A stretch of 59,686 nt of DNA, the filler included, from Basidioascus undulatus (taxonomy: Eukaryota), in the NCBI GenBank assembly GCA_000826855.1. It is 5 parts of 5 records of this genome, joined end to end, with 100 filler letters (N's around TTAATTAATTAA, not from the genome) between each part and the next. Parts side by side here need not be neighbours in the genome. Positions count along the whole stretch, not along the records: positions 23,572 to 51,834 come from JTLS01000150.1; positions 51,935 to 59,686 come from JTLS01001500.1; 3 more parts are not named here. One strand, given 5' to 3'. Made by a program: the position numbers and the translations under genes. This document shows, in pieces, positions 48,235 to 59,686 of this stretch (the stretch's first letter is position 1; each line of letters starts with the position of its first letter). A model generated the notes under the pieces. The model was not told the origin of the DNA, did not search any database, and was given only the letters and a program-made list of their open reading frames with translations.

Positions 48235-51200
48235 TCAGACGTCTTCAAGCGAGACGTTGATTTTGCCGTCCTGAAGCCGCGCGGTTTCAATCGCGAGCTC
48301 AAGATCGGACGCATCTTGAATGGTTCTGAATGATCCAAGAGATGGCGAGGCATAAGCAGTGCACGAGCCATGGGTGAAGCAGGGAAACAGGCTCTACATG
48401 CGCGTTCCGTCTTCGTCCCTGAAACGCAGTCTCACCGCGTTCGCCCGTTTGCCAAACTTGGACAACACCTGAGGAGTAGCGGATTAGTTAATTTCCCAAT
48501 CAGCAGCTGCTGCCGAGAGACCGAGCCGCACCTGAGTAAGGAAGTCGTCGAAAGTCATGTCCGGGCTGACCAGCATGCCGCGCACATGGTCCATGTAATG
48601 AAGCTAACCATGTGGCAAGCGGCATCAGTTTATTGTCGCTGTCGTTGTATCATGTACGGAACTTGAGAGCGCACTTTGAAGCGAACTTTAGTTTCTGGGA
48701 AGGGCATGCCCGTCGCAATCGGCGAGCCAGCTTGCAGGTACTGCAAGACACCGTGTCCCAGCGCGTCAGCGCACGAGTCCAACGGACCACAGCGAGGGAG
48801 AAACACACAGGCCGACTCACATACTCCGCGGCTGAGCCGTACCCACTCTCCTCATCATCAGCGACGACCGACTGCGCATGCTTGACGACCCCGCCGGCGC
48901 CGTACGTGCCCCTCCTTCGGAGGCTGCCGCTGCCCTTGCCGAGCGTGCGCTGGCGCACGCGCACAGCAGCGGACAGCGGCTGCATCCCATTGAGCTGCGG
49001 GGAGGACGCCGCGGCGGAGACGGAGCTCGCAGCGGTCATGGGCGTGTGCTGGCTGCCGTTGAAGCTTGCCCAGCCAGGGGAGGGCGAGTCCTCCGTCGCG
49101 GAGGACGAGTAGCCGCGCTCGGCGTCGCGCAGCGCAGTGACGTACTGGTCCGCGGCGCCCTCCGAGACGGAGCGGTGGCGCACGCGCGGGAACTCGCTTT
49201 CCGCCGGCGCGGGCGTCGCGGGCGTGAGCGCGAAGGCGACTCGCCCGTCGGGTTCCTCGGAGGGCGTGAGCCCGCCCTGGACCGACGGGAGCTTGGGTCC
49301 CGGCGAGAGGAGCCCGCCGCCGACGGACAGCTGCGGCAGCCGCGGCGGCGCGTCGGTGTCCCGTTCCCGCGAGAACATCAGGTGGTGGTCTGCCTCCTGC
49401 CCCGAGTCGTAGCTCAGCGGGACGGGGCTAGTATCTGCCGAGCGAGGCCAGTTGGCAGGGATGTTGCGTGCGGTGTCGATCGGGCCCGGGCGCGATTTCC
49501 GCCCGCTGCGGCCGGCGAGCGTCGCGCTGCGGGAGGGGAGCGCAACGGACGGCGGGGGGCGCTCAGTCGTTGCGCTGCGGGAGCCGCCGGAGGAAGGGGT
49601 ACCGGGTCGGGAGAGCGTGGAGGAAGAGGTGTCGAGGCGGGCGAGTCGGAGGCCGGGAGTGACGGAAGAGGAGGGTGTTGAGGACCCACCGTCACGCTGT
49701 CGCTCGACGTCCTTCCACCCCGCCTCGACCAGATCGAAGCTCGACTTTCGCCGGCCGCACGAGGCGACGGCGGCGGCGGCATCCTCGTCTGCCTCGGAGA
49801 CGGACGGGGACGGGTTGAGGCTGCTCGGCAGGCGGGAGCCGGCGTAGCGCAGGGAAGCTTTGCGGCTGGGGAGGGTAGAGGCGGAGGATGAGCCGAGCGT
49901 CGTTGCCGGTCCAGCCGAGACGCTGCGGTTGAGCGGGGGAGGAACGAGGCGTCCCTCTGGGACAAAGTCCGCTGCGGACGCCGACTGCCCCTCGTCCGCC
50001 AAGTGCCGCCCGTGCATCCCGCCCTCGGCAATGGTCCGCGCGCGCCCGAGCCCAGCGAGACCGGGGCTCGCGTCGCTTGGGGCGCGGACCCGCCCAGAGA
50101 CAGTCGAGGGCGCAGATGCAGGCGTGGGACTGCGCACGCCCGAGCGGTCAGACGGGTCCCACACGCCCGCGCCGGGCTTGGCGCGCTCGCTCGCCTGGCG
50201 GTTGAGCTTCTTGGGCTGCCAGTGTGTCGGGTTGCGCTTGAGCGCGGCGTCGCGCTGGGCGGGGGTGAGGTTGGAGGAGACGGAGGAGGCGGCGTCGGTG
50301 GTGGAGTCTGGTCGGGAGGAGAGGGGGGCGAGGGAGGGGCGGAAGGCGGATTGCGGGGATGAGATGATTTCGGGGCCGACGGTGGAGGCGACTGAGGGAG
50401 GGCGCGCAAAGACCACTTTGGCTTGCCCGATGAAGTCCCGCGGCTTGAGGTTCCGGACCTGGCGCTCGTTCGGGCGGAAGACGAGCCCGGGCTGGACAGA
50501 GAAGGGCATGTACCCCTGGATCATCCCCCCCGTTCTTTCAGTGGCTCGCGACAAAGAGCCACAGGAGAAGAGCGGCACGCACCACCGCGTCGTCCGCCAG
50601 CGCATCGTCAATCACGCTCAGCTGCTCGGTGTTCGCGCCCTCGCGCGCCAAGTCGAGGTGCTGCTGCCCCTCGCGGGCCTGGCCAGCATAGTAGTACGTC
50701 AGGCTGAGGTTGAAGAAGATCTCGGTCGGGACGAGGCGGTAGTCGAGCCCGAGCTGGGAGTAGTCGCTGTGTCCGATCCGACCCTCGCTCACTCGTGAGC
50801 TTTGAAGTGGACTTGGTGAAGGGAGAGGTTGAATGGACATACATCCACGAGTTCCCCCGCATGTAATGCAACGCAGTCTCGAAGTCGTGCCGCGAGTGCG
50901 TGTACCGCCCGCGGAGGAAGTTGCACACGCCCGACTGGAAGTAGGCGATCGCGAAGTAGGGGTCGAGGCGGCTGTGGGGGAGCTCTAGAGGTCAGTCCGG
51001 GCTTCGGCGGGCATGAGGATGGAAACCGTTGGGGAGGTGGCATTTACACAGCTGAGGCGAACAGCTCGACTGCACGCTTGTGGTCCCCGAGCGTAGCATG
51101 GATCACAGCGCGGTTGACTGCGCGGGCGGGGGTACGGTGAGCGGATTGGAGGATGTGCGGGAAGGAGAGAGACAGACGACCGACATTCAATCTTTGCAGA

Positions 51201-51677
51201 TTCGTTCTTCTGCTGCATGCGCTGTGGATGCCAGGAAATGCGGGGAGAAGGCGTGTCAACCGCACGGTGATGCCGGAATCAGTACCGACCCCGCGCTGCA
51301 TCCTCCGGTATTCATGTAGGCCACTGTCTGAGCTCAGGACCATAAAGTTCTTCTTCTTCTCCTCCTGCCATCACACCCGCCCCATGAAGTGCGGTCGTCG
51401 TCCACCCACCCCTTCGTGCCCCCTGACCAGCCACCTCATCCTCCGCCCACCTCTCACTACCCTGGCGATCCCACCACCGACTTCCCCGAACCAGACTCAC
51501 CTCGAATACCGCCTGCGCCCCCTCAAAGTCCTGCGCATCATACAGCGCCAGCGCGTCGATCCACGCCTGGAGCTCGATCTGTTGTTCCCCCCGAACCCCC
51601 GGCAGTCCAGGTCCGCCTTCTCAGCGCCAGCTCCTCGCACCACTCCGCCTGAACGCAGCCCAGCTACCCACCTTCAT
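48235..51677 (-). CDS. noxR: NADPH oxidase regulator NoxR (p67phox-like TPR domain plus C-terminal PB1)
   Basis: IELQAWIDALALYDAQDF, RLDPYFAIAYFQSGV, MRGN..IDYSQLGLDYRL, PFSVQPGLVFRP and NLKPRDFIGQAKVV. PB1 domain: TKVRFK|LHYMDHVRGMLV...LRFRDEDG..TIQDASDLELAIETAR. Confidence 0.88.
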
Positions 51678-51834
51678 CCCGCCGAGGATCTGCGTCGCTT
51701 AGGAACAAGCTGATATCTGCGGGTGCGTGCACCAGGCACGGCGCGGTCGGGCACAAGGGGAAGGCGGGAGGTGGGGCGGGCACTGAGGGGGGTTGCTCAG
51801 ATAAGCGGGGAGTTGGGCAAGGCGGATAAGAAGG

Positions 51835-51934
51835 NNNNNNNNNNNNNNNNNNNNNNNNNNNNNNNNNNNNNNNNNNNNTTAATTAATTAANNNNNNNNNN
51901 NNNNNNNNNNNNNNNNNNNNNNNNNNNNNNNNNN
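51835..51934. other. Assembly gap with TTAATTAATTAA linker
   Basis: N run with the central linker. Confidence 0.97.
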
Positions 51935-54415
51935 ACGCTCCGCAGCCGCTATACCACCGGCCGGCCAGCGCGATGTCCCGGGCGGCACCGCAGCCGCCTC
52001 CGCGACCAACGAGCTCCATGTCGGCGGTCTCGCCCCACTTTGCTCCGCCCTTTTCGCCTCTGCATCAGCTTGCCGACGCCCCTCCTCCGCGCGTCGAATC
52101 TGCATTCCAGCCGGCCGCGGCGCACGCGCGGCAGCGCTCGAACTCCGCCCCGCAAGCCGGCAGCGACTTCGCCCCGCTCCTGCCGAGCAGCCCGCTCGAG
52201 CGCGCCAGCGGTTTCGCGCGAATGGATGCTGCACTCGAGGCGATCGTCTCGGGCACGCCCGTGCCTGTCTTCTCGCCGGCGAGCACGCCACAGCCGCAAG
52301 CCTCGCGCCGCTCCTCCTTCCCCCTTCCCCCTCCGACGACGACGTCCCGTCGCACCCCGGACTTCTCCAATCGCCCCCGTTCAGGCTTCACCCCTTCCCC
52401 GCACGTACCGTCGCCCATGCCCTCGCAGCTCGTCGAGCCCGGTCCGGCGGTGCACGAGCCTCTTGGCCTGCAGACGATCGGAGAAGACGGCGAGAGCCAA
52501 GCCGGGACTATTCGCGAACCGATCGCGCTTTCGGGCACGCTCCATCGCGACGCTCTCGCGGAGGGCGAGAAGTCCGTCAAGCTGCTCGAGGACCTCGCGC
52601 TGGAGCAGACCGCTGAAGAGACCGAGAGGGCCCTGAGCGCGAGCGGCATTCCTCCGCCGCAGGCCAACAAGACTCTTCCCTCGCCGCCAGTGCCGTCTGC
52701 GAAGTTCGGCGCGCCGTTCAAGCCGCCGAGGGCGCACGAGATCTTTCCCACCTCTTTGCCGAAGCCAACTAGCCCCCCACCGACTACCGCGCCGCGTCCC
52801 CAGCAGCCGCCGAAGGCGGCTTCGCCGCCGGCGTCACCGCTACGCGATCGCGAGGGCGGCTTAACAGTACTCGAGCAGCGCCTCCGCGCAAAGTCGCCGC
52901 CGCTCCTTTCGCCCAGCGCACGTTCGCCTGCGTTGACGAGCATTGCAAGCCTCAGTCGCGCATCGCCTTCGAAGCAGACGACCCCGAGCCCCGACCAGCG
53001 GACCACACCGGCAGCGTCGCCTTCGACGGCACCCGCCACACCCCCTTCCCCACGCACCGTTGCTCCTCGCGAATCGACTACAGGCGCAAAGCCCTCCGAC
53101 CTCGCTCCACCGCCTCGTTCCGCAACAGTTCGGCATGAGCTCTCCGCAGCTCCTACTCCAACTCCTGCAGAACCTCAGCGAGCTACGCCCTCATCGCCCG
53201 ACACCAGTCGCCGCCGGAGCGCGCCGTCGACCTCTTCGACGCTTCCTGCGACGCCCCAGCCCGCGGAGAGGAATGAGCGGCGTCTCTCGCTCGCTGAAGA
53301 CAAGAAGAAGACGGACCGTCAATCTGTTGCGGTGGCGGATGAGAAGGTGTGTCCCTCTGTCAGATCTTCGCGTCCCAACATGGCGAAATTCTGACTCAAT
53401 CCTCCGCAATCGCTATAAGGATAAGAAAGACAGGCGGTTGTCTGCCCCCGGCTTCGAGGAGATCAAGTCGGCCGCGGTCGGGCGTGTACAAGCTTGGCTG
53501 AGTGGCACTGTGCTGCAGCCGCCCGACGCGGGTGCGCCGAGCGAGCTCGTACGCGAGCGCGAGGCCAAGCCGATCGAGCGCCGAACGAGAGATCGTCCGG
53601 CTGCAGAGGGCGACCGCCCGACGCCGACTCGCCACGCCCCGATGTCTCCGGAGCCTGCGGAGTCGCCGCGCGACGTTCGAAAGAACGCGGCTTCTCCTTG
53701 CCAGCTCGACTCACACTCCATCCCCATCGGTTCTCCGCGGACGCTCGCGTCTGCTTCGTCGGCCAAAGTCTCCTGGCCGGCTCCCCGTTCCACCTCGCCC
53801 CCCGCCAAGCCCACATCACCGTCTCCCACATCCCCGCGTCCTGACGCGCAGTCGACAGCCGAGCTTCTCAGCCCACCACCGCGCGTCAAGAAGCAGCTTC
53901 GCGAGTTCCCGCCGCCCGTCAACTCGTCCGATGCCGGGCCAAAGTATGATGTTCGCTCAGCACGCGGCGGGCGCGGCGGTATCGTCACCTCCGTTACGAG
54001 CCTCTGGACCCAGACCATCGAGGGCGAAGCGCAGACCGCGAAGCAGCCCGCCAAGCCCACCCCAAAGAAGACCCGCCAATCCGCGCCGCCTGCGCTCAGC
54101 AAGCCGCCCGCGCTGCTCAAGATGGCGACGTCCAGGTCGTCGGCCTCAGGGCCGGCGTCGGCGACACACGACTCTGCATCGAAATCTACCTCAGCACCCG
54201 CGTTCCTCAACACGACTCTTCCCCGCGCGCACCTCTCTTCCACGGGGACTCTTGCTGGTCCGCCGAAGAAGGAAGCCGCTACACCGACACCGAGACGAGT
54301 CAGCGCGCCAACGAAAGGCGCAACGTCACCTCCGCCGGGCAAGGTCACGGACGTGTCGTTTGGCCAAGCCAGACTTGAACAGCTTATTCGGCAATACGCC
54401 AATCCGACCGCTTAA
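51935..54415 (+). CDS. Long Pro/Ser-rich, probably disordered protein; 5' part probably in the gap
   Basis: Two long frames joined by a probable intron near 53347-53420. Short ordered-looking motifs GGLTVLEQRL, KSAAVGRVQAWL, YDVRSARGGRGGIVTSVTSLW and FGQARLEQLIRQY. Confidence 0.7.
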
Positions 54416-54949
54416 TGTTTCTCCTCCCTCATCATGACCGAAACGACCTGCGATGTAACCTAATGTCTGTACCACCTGTTGATGCATGCGACGAGTTCTA
54501 CCATCTATTGCACTTCCATGAAATATACTTGAGCTCGTCGAGACTGACGAGAAAACAGCATCGGAAGCACGCTTAGAGAATCCCACTTGAGATTAACCTT
54601 ACTTTGGCTTGATAGGAAGGGGAGGAAAAGGAGTGCGCTTTGGATACACCCTTTGTACCACAGCGATTTCTGTCGCCGCCGGGTCTGGAAGGCGGGTTGC
54701 AGATCGTGAAAATGTGTGTATGTACTTCGCTCTCATCCCACAACTCCGCCTATTTTGGCAAAGTCGGTTTCTTTTAGAGGTCGTTGAGTGCAATGTCGAA
54801 CACAGTGCGCTTTCAATGCAACGATCATTTCCGACTAAGAGCCGGAGGTAAACAGTTGTCGGACAGCCAATGGCATATCAAGCACGAAGAAAGTATCTTA
54901 TTCCCACTCCCATTTCCCTTTTTACTTTTTCTGTATATCATGTAGTCGC

Positions 54950-56030
54950 CACTGCTGCACCTCGACGTCGCCCTTCGAGACTGCTCGAGCTTCGAAAGCT
55001 CGTCCGTCCAATTCTGCGCAAGTCAGACTGCATGACAAAGCTACAGTCACTCCAACGCGCAAGCGAGCGCATTATTGAATCATGAAGAGCTTACCTCCGA
55101 GTCTCCGGGATGCAGAAGAACGCGACGAAAAGGGCAATCACGCCGGTGCAGGTGAAAAAGAACGCCGTTTTCGCGCCCCTGCAAGCAGCCGGTGGCCCGG
55201 CCCCACAGGCTCAGTTTCACGCTGGGGAGTATCAAGCAAAGAATTAGTAACGCACCAGTTCGCTTTGGCCTCGTTAAGCATATACGGTGTGGCGTAATTG
55301 AACACCAAGCTGAATGCAGCCGCGCCCGCAGCGGCGAAGCCAGACGTGCGCGCTCGCAGTCGGGCGGAGGACACTTCTGCCACGAAAGCCCAGCCAAGTG
55401 GATCTACGGAGAGAGCGTAGGCCAACACCCAGATGCAGGCCACGGCGGTCTGCATTGTGGGGACCAAAACATTGTAAGGCTTGCAAGGGAGCATTTGCAA
55501 CAGTGCACACAGGCCGACACACGAACGTATTGTTCACGGTGGAAGTCCTCGGAACTACTCCGCAGATGCCAATGCCAAGAAGAGCGAGTATGATAGTGCA
55601 GCTTCCTCCCAGGAGGAGAGGTCTGCGGCCCACCTTGTCGGTGGTCGCGCCTGCGATGAGCAACCGCAAAGAAGGACGACTCTGCGATGAGAAGATGCTT
55701 TCAGATCGTCTGCCGGTGCTACGTCTGGGAATGTCAAGCCAGAGAAGGTCGACGTAAGGAACAATTAGACTGATGAGAAAGGGTCCTCAAATCCGGCGCT
55801 TTGAAAGAAGTATGTAGAGTATACGAAGACGGGAGGGTTTCCCAAGAAGCTGCTGCTTCGCAAGCGGCCAAAACGAGATGAAGGTCCGCCGCTGCCCAGA
55901 GATGTAGATGTCAGCTTCACTGTGATGATTGGAAAAACTTTGTAGGCTCACCCTGTTGACGCCCTTGAAAAGCTCGAGGAAGGATGTCGACCGCTGCTCC
56001 TCCTTGGCCGCCATCTCCTCCGCCACTGTG
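54950..56030 (-). pseudogene. Sugar porter (maltose/alpha-glucoside permease-like) C-terminal remnant
   Basis: Motifs SFLELFKGVNR|RRTFIS, TDKVGRRPLLLGG, LGWAFVAEVSSARLRART, YATPYMLN and FFCIPET. No clear intact N-terminal half, and the frames are disrupted. Confidence 0.65.
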
Positions 56031-58562
56031 GCACAGAAGATCTCAATACTCCAATTCGACTTGTTTTTGCTCTGTTAGAATGGCCCTGGAACTTCCAGTT
56101 ACGTCCCCGGAACAAACAGCTGGCTGGCTTCCACTCACGCTGCTGGGACGGCCGCTGGACGAGTTTCCCTGCGATACCTGCGGGAGACCTTCGCTAATGA
56201 AAAAACTTTGGTAAGAACTTTGGGAAAGGCGAAGGGTTTCAGTGCTCTGAGTGACCGCGATCTTCGGAGGAGTAAAGCCGCAATGTGGACTGCTCGATCC
56301 CAAAGCGGCGCTGGCGGGTCGCTGGAGTGTCTTTCCTTGCCTTCCCCGCATTCCAGGGCAAACAAACCACTTCTATAGACTGTTAACAAAACTCGCAGGC
56401 TGATGACGCAAGTGATTTGGAGAAGGTGCCCCGCGGAGCAAACAGACGGTTTTGAATGAGCGGTTGACTGCGTTTCATGTGTCGTCTCGCCGCTGCTTGG
56501 CTGGGCGCAGTAGACGTGGACCAGATCCCCATACAAGGGTGCCCTTGTATGGCAATTGACCAGTGGGATCATCGGCGAACGACTGCAAAATAACAACCGC
56601 AATGGCGAGTACAGGCAGAAGAACACTGGCGGGGCTTGACCGCAGTTCAGTTGAGCGCAAGCCCGACCTGAATAACAGGCCCTGAGATTTGGACAAAATC
56701 AACACCCTTCTTTTTAGCACCTAGGTTGTGCGCACCCGTTTCGCTATCCTTAAGGTCGCTTTGACCATTCGTCAGTCCCGGATGGCAGCCCAACTTAAGC
56801 GGCGCGACCGTTCCCGCCCCTCAAGTTCGGCAGCCCCTTCGCCCCTTCGCGCTACGTCCGCCCCGCCGATCCGCTGGCAAGCTATCAACAAAGCCATCTC
56901 GCATAGCACATCCACCGCTTGCGCTGCTTGCAGAAGGAGAAACAAACGGGATCGCTGAGAAATGCAGGCGAAGTTGGGCATGAATCAGCGCACGCGGGCT
57001 GCAGCCAATCAGATCGCAGCACGGTGCGTCACATGGTCAGCGTCGCACGCCACAGTACAAAGCGCTCCTCGACTTCCCACATTCCCCTTCAACTGCAACC
57101 ACCATCTCGCCTCCCAGCGCCGCCCGCCCTCGCCATTGGGATGCCCCTCGTCGCCGCAGCTTGCCAGGACCAGCTCGACTCCCGGTCGACGCTCGACGCC
57201 CGTCGCAGCGTCCGCCCAGTCTCGCTTGATCGGTTCCTTGCTCCACGCTCGTCGACCGAGGGGCGTCGGCGCCGTTCGTCGTCCATCTCTTCAACCCCGA
57301 TCGTCTCGACAGGGCTTACCGCACACCGCCGTGCCGCCAGGACCAGACTCGGATGGGACCTCTCTAAAGAGAGCTCGATTCATCTCTGCGCTTCCTCGCG
57401 GCGCGGTCGGCTGAACGACAGTGGTGCATGGCGACGATACGACACACTGCCGAGGTGGCTTGCTCGGCTCTGCGGTACGTATTGTCCACACACCGCGGTG
57501 TCGGCGATTGGAAGTCCGTTCGTTGAACGTCGAGGCTTGAACGCGTGGCCAGGAGCAGCCGGACCGTCCGCTGTGCGCTTCCAAGCGCATCGCACCGTCC
57601 AGCCTGTCTTCCTCGCTTGCAGCAGAGCCCTCGCCTCTCGCCTCATCCAGGTCCTCGTCATGTGTGCCCGCTCGAGGATCGTACGTCTCCCCTTCCCACC
57701 CCGCATCACCCTTGTTGTCTAGAGTGCACCCACCCCTGCGGTTCCCCCGAGCCAGGACCAGCAGCGCCGTCTCCGTGCTCCGTGCACCGTACGCCTGCCT
57801 GCGTTCCTCGCCCTGCCACAGCACAGCATCCTACCCACCCACGGTCGCGTACCTTCTTTTGTCTCTCTTCCTCTCCCGTCTGTACAACGATACTGCCATG
57901 TCCCCCGGTCCACCGCGACCCGGAGCCAGGACCAGCATCGACGTTCCCCGCCGCGCCCCCGTGCGCCGCGAGTCGTGTCTGCGCTTCCTCGCACCGGGTC
58001 CGCGCTCAAGCGAACCACCACACCCACACCGCCGAAGCCTGCGCCGTCGGTCCCGCCGAGTCGGTAAGAGGTCAACCACTGCCCCTCCCTCTCGGCAACG
58101 AGGACTGAACGTGTCGGATCCGTCATTCTTCCTCTCTTCTTTCTCCAACTCTTTACCTTTCTCCCTACCCACGTTACCTTTCTTCCCCACCCGCTTTTTT
58201 CATCGGGTCTTCACCTTCTCGCCTTCCCTGCGGGCTTACAGCGTCTCGTGCCTTTCTATCCCTTTTGCCACGGGACGCTGCAGGGTTTTTTTGCCGTCCG
58301 CTCTGCTCGCCCTGAGGGTTGACCAGCGTGGACGGCGAGAGCACCCCGCAGCGCTCCTCGTGCCGTCACATGTCGCGAACGTCGAGTGCCTCCGCCTCCC
58401 CACACATGCATCGCAGAGTTTGTTCCGCGCACGAAGCTCAAGATTGACGTCAAGCTAGGGCAGGTGAACGGTGACAACACGAACTCACCCTCGCCCAATC
58501 CTCTTCGCTCCACGACGTCTCTTTCCTCTCTAGAAAGTCGTTCATTCGGCACGCTGAGTCTC

Positions 58563-59515
58563 ATGTCGATGGACGAGTCTGCCCGCGACCCACGCCACAC
58601 CTTCCCGCACGCGCTGCCCATCGCGCTACACCCAAACGTGCACATCCACCCGCCTCTCACGCACCGCGGCCATGGGCCACCGCTCGTCCTCGTCCTCCCC
58701 TCCGCCGCGTACGCGAGCTCAAAGTACAAGGTCGAGTGTGCGCCGCTCCCCCCGCTCTCTCATGTTCCCTCCATCCCTTGCTTTCCTCCTTGCTTTCCCC
58801 CTTTCCTTGCTTTGATGCTGATTCGCAGGAGGGCGGGGAGGTACACAGCCCCGCCAGCAAAGAAATGGGCGGAAGAGGGGTTCTGCGTCCTGGAGTACTG
58901 GGATGGACAGGGGAAACTCGATGAGGGCGTGCAGGTTCTTTTGGGGAGGGACGAGGTGGACAGGGATTCGAAAGGGTACGCGGTGGTCGGTGCGTTGCCA
59001 TTCCTCTTCGCTTGCCACGCACAAACACATTATTCGCCCCGCCTACAGTCCACTCCCAAGCCTCCCTCTCCTCCCTCCCCCTGCATCTCTCCCCCAAGTG
59101 CATAGTCTCCTACGGCCCCCTCGTAGCCTTCCTCCCCGCCTCCTCCCTTCCACAAGCATCCACGCCGCTCCTCCTCAACCTCCCCGGCGAGCGGCCGCTC
59201 GCGCTTCCGGAGCCCACGGCAAAGTGGGTCGAGCAGCACGTTTATCCGGCGGCGACGGACTGGGCGTTTGGGCTCCCTGCGAGCGAGGGGTGGGAGTTTG
59301 CCGCGGGGAGGACGGCGCATGGGAGGGCGGTGGGGTGGGTGAGGAGGCATTTGGGAGGGCCGGTTTTTGACATTGTGAGTTGGAAGCGGGGCACTGGGAG
59401 CTTGGGCGGAAGAGGCGCAAGGATAAATAGGCTGATAAAAGATGGAACGGTAGGAGAAGATCTGTGATGAGCATGATAGGTTCCTGCTCGAAGAACGCTC
59501 GGTGGAGAAAGCGAG
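58563..59515 (+). CDS. Fungal dienelactone hydrolase/carboxymethylenebutenolidase-like protein, 3' end not resolved in the window
   Basis: HPPLTHRGHGPPLVLV, PPAKKWAEEGFCV and AHGRAVGWVRRHLGGPVFDI|EKICDEH...ERSVEK match the family pattern PPLSRRG.GP...KWAEEG...GGPYFDLEAIWEEH. Confidence 0.75.
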
Positions 59516-59686
59516 TGCGTGTCGACCGTCTTCATCCACTGCGTCCTTCTTTCTGCATCAAGCTGAGCTTCCGCGAACAGTGGCGTTAATGGTCGATGAG
59601 CCCTAGTATCTCTCTCCCTCCCTCCTCTCCTTCCTTCTCTTATCCTTCCCCTTATCATCCTTCCCCTCATCCTCCGGGGCACCTCT

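Noticed and set aside
49414..54437. Numerous long overlapping or antisense ORFs
   Set aside because: Shadow frames expected in GC-rich, low-complexity coding DNA.
1..59686. CRISPR arrays, tRNA/rRNA genes, TPP riboswitch, intact transposons
   Set aside because: No supporting motifs seen by eye. Covariance-model searches would be needed to exclude small ncRNAs.

Overview
GC-rich, intron-dense eukaryotic DNA. Gene content and intron style indicate a basidiomycete fungus; the exact taxon cannot be determined. Four 100-nt assembly gaps each carry a TTAATTAATTAA linker. Recognisable host genes: TFIIA gamma (TOA2), a KHDC4/BLOM7-like KH protein, a DJ-1/PfpI protein, an HSF-domain factor and AVL9 (both cut by a gap), a class-3 O-methyltransferase, a two-RRM protein, a TRK K+ transporter, glycogen branching enzyme, an ICL/PEP-mutase family lyase, an NADP-dependent MDR oxidoreductase, the P4-ATPase DRS2, NoxR, a Pro/Ser-rich protein and a dienelactone-hydrolase-like protein. 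Several pseudogenes are also present (DHA2 MFS transporter, MDR paralog, sugar porter). The standout feature is a ~1 kb intronless, AGG-codon-rich segment at ~4300-5290. It encodes a highly divergent catalytic double-psi beta-barrel region of a multisubunit RNA polymerase largest subunit (RPPSL...YHADFDDDEM), head-to-head with a compact protein kinase. The kinase is cut exactly where a host MFS gene is also cut. This looks like a captured fragment of an unidentified DNA virus or virus-like element with its own transcription machinery. Exon boundaries were read by eye and no searches were run.
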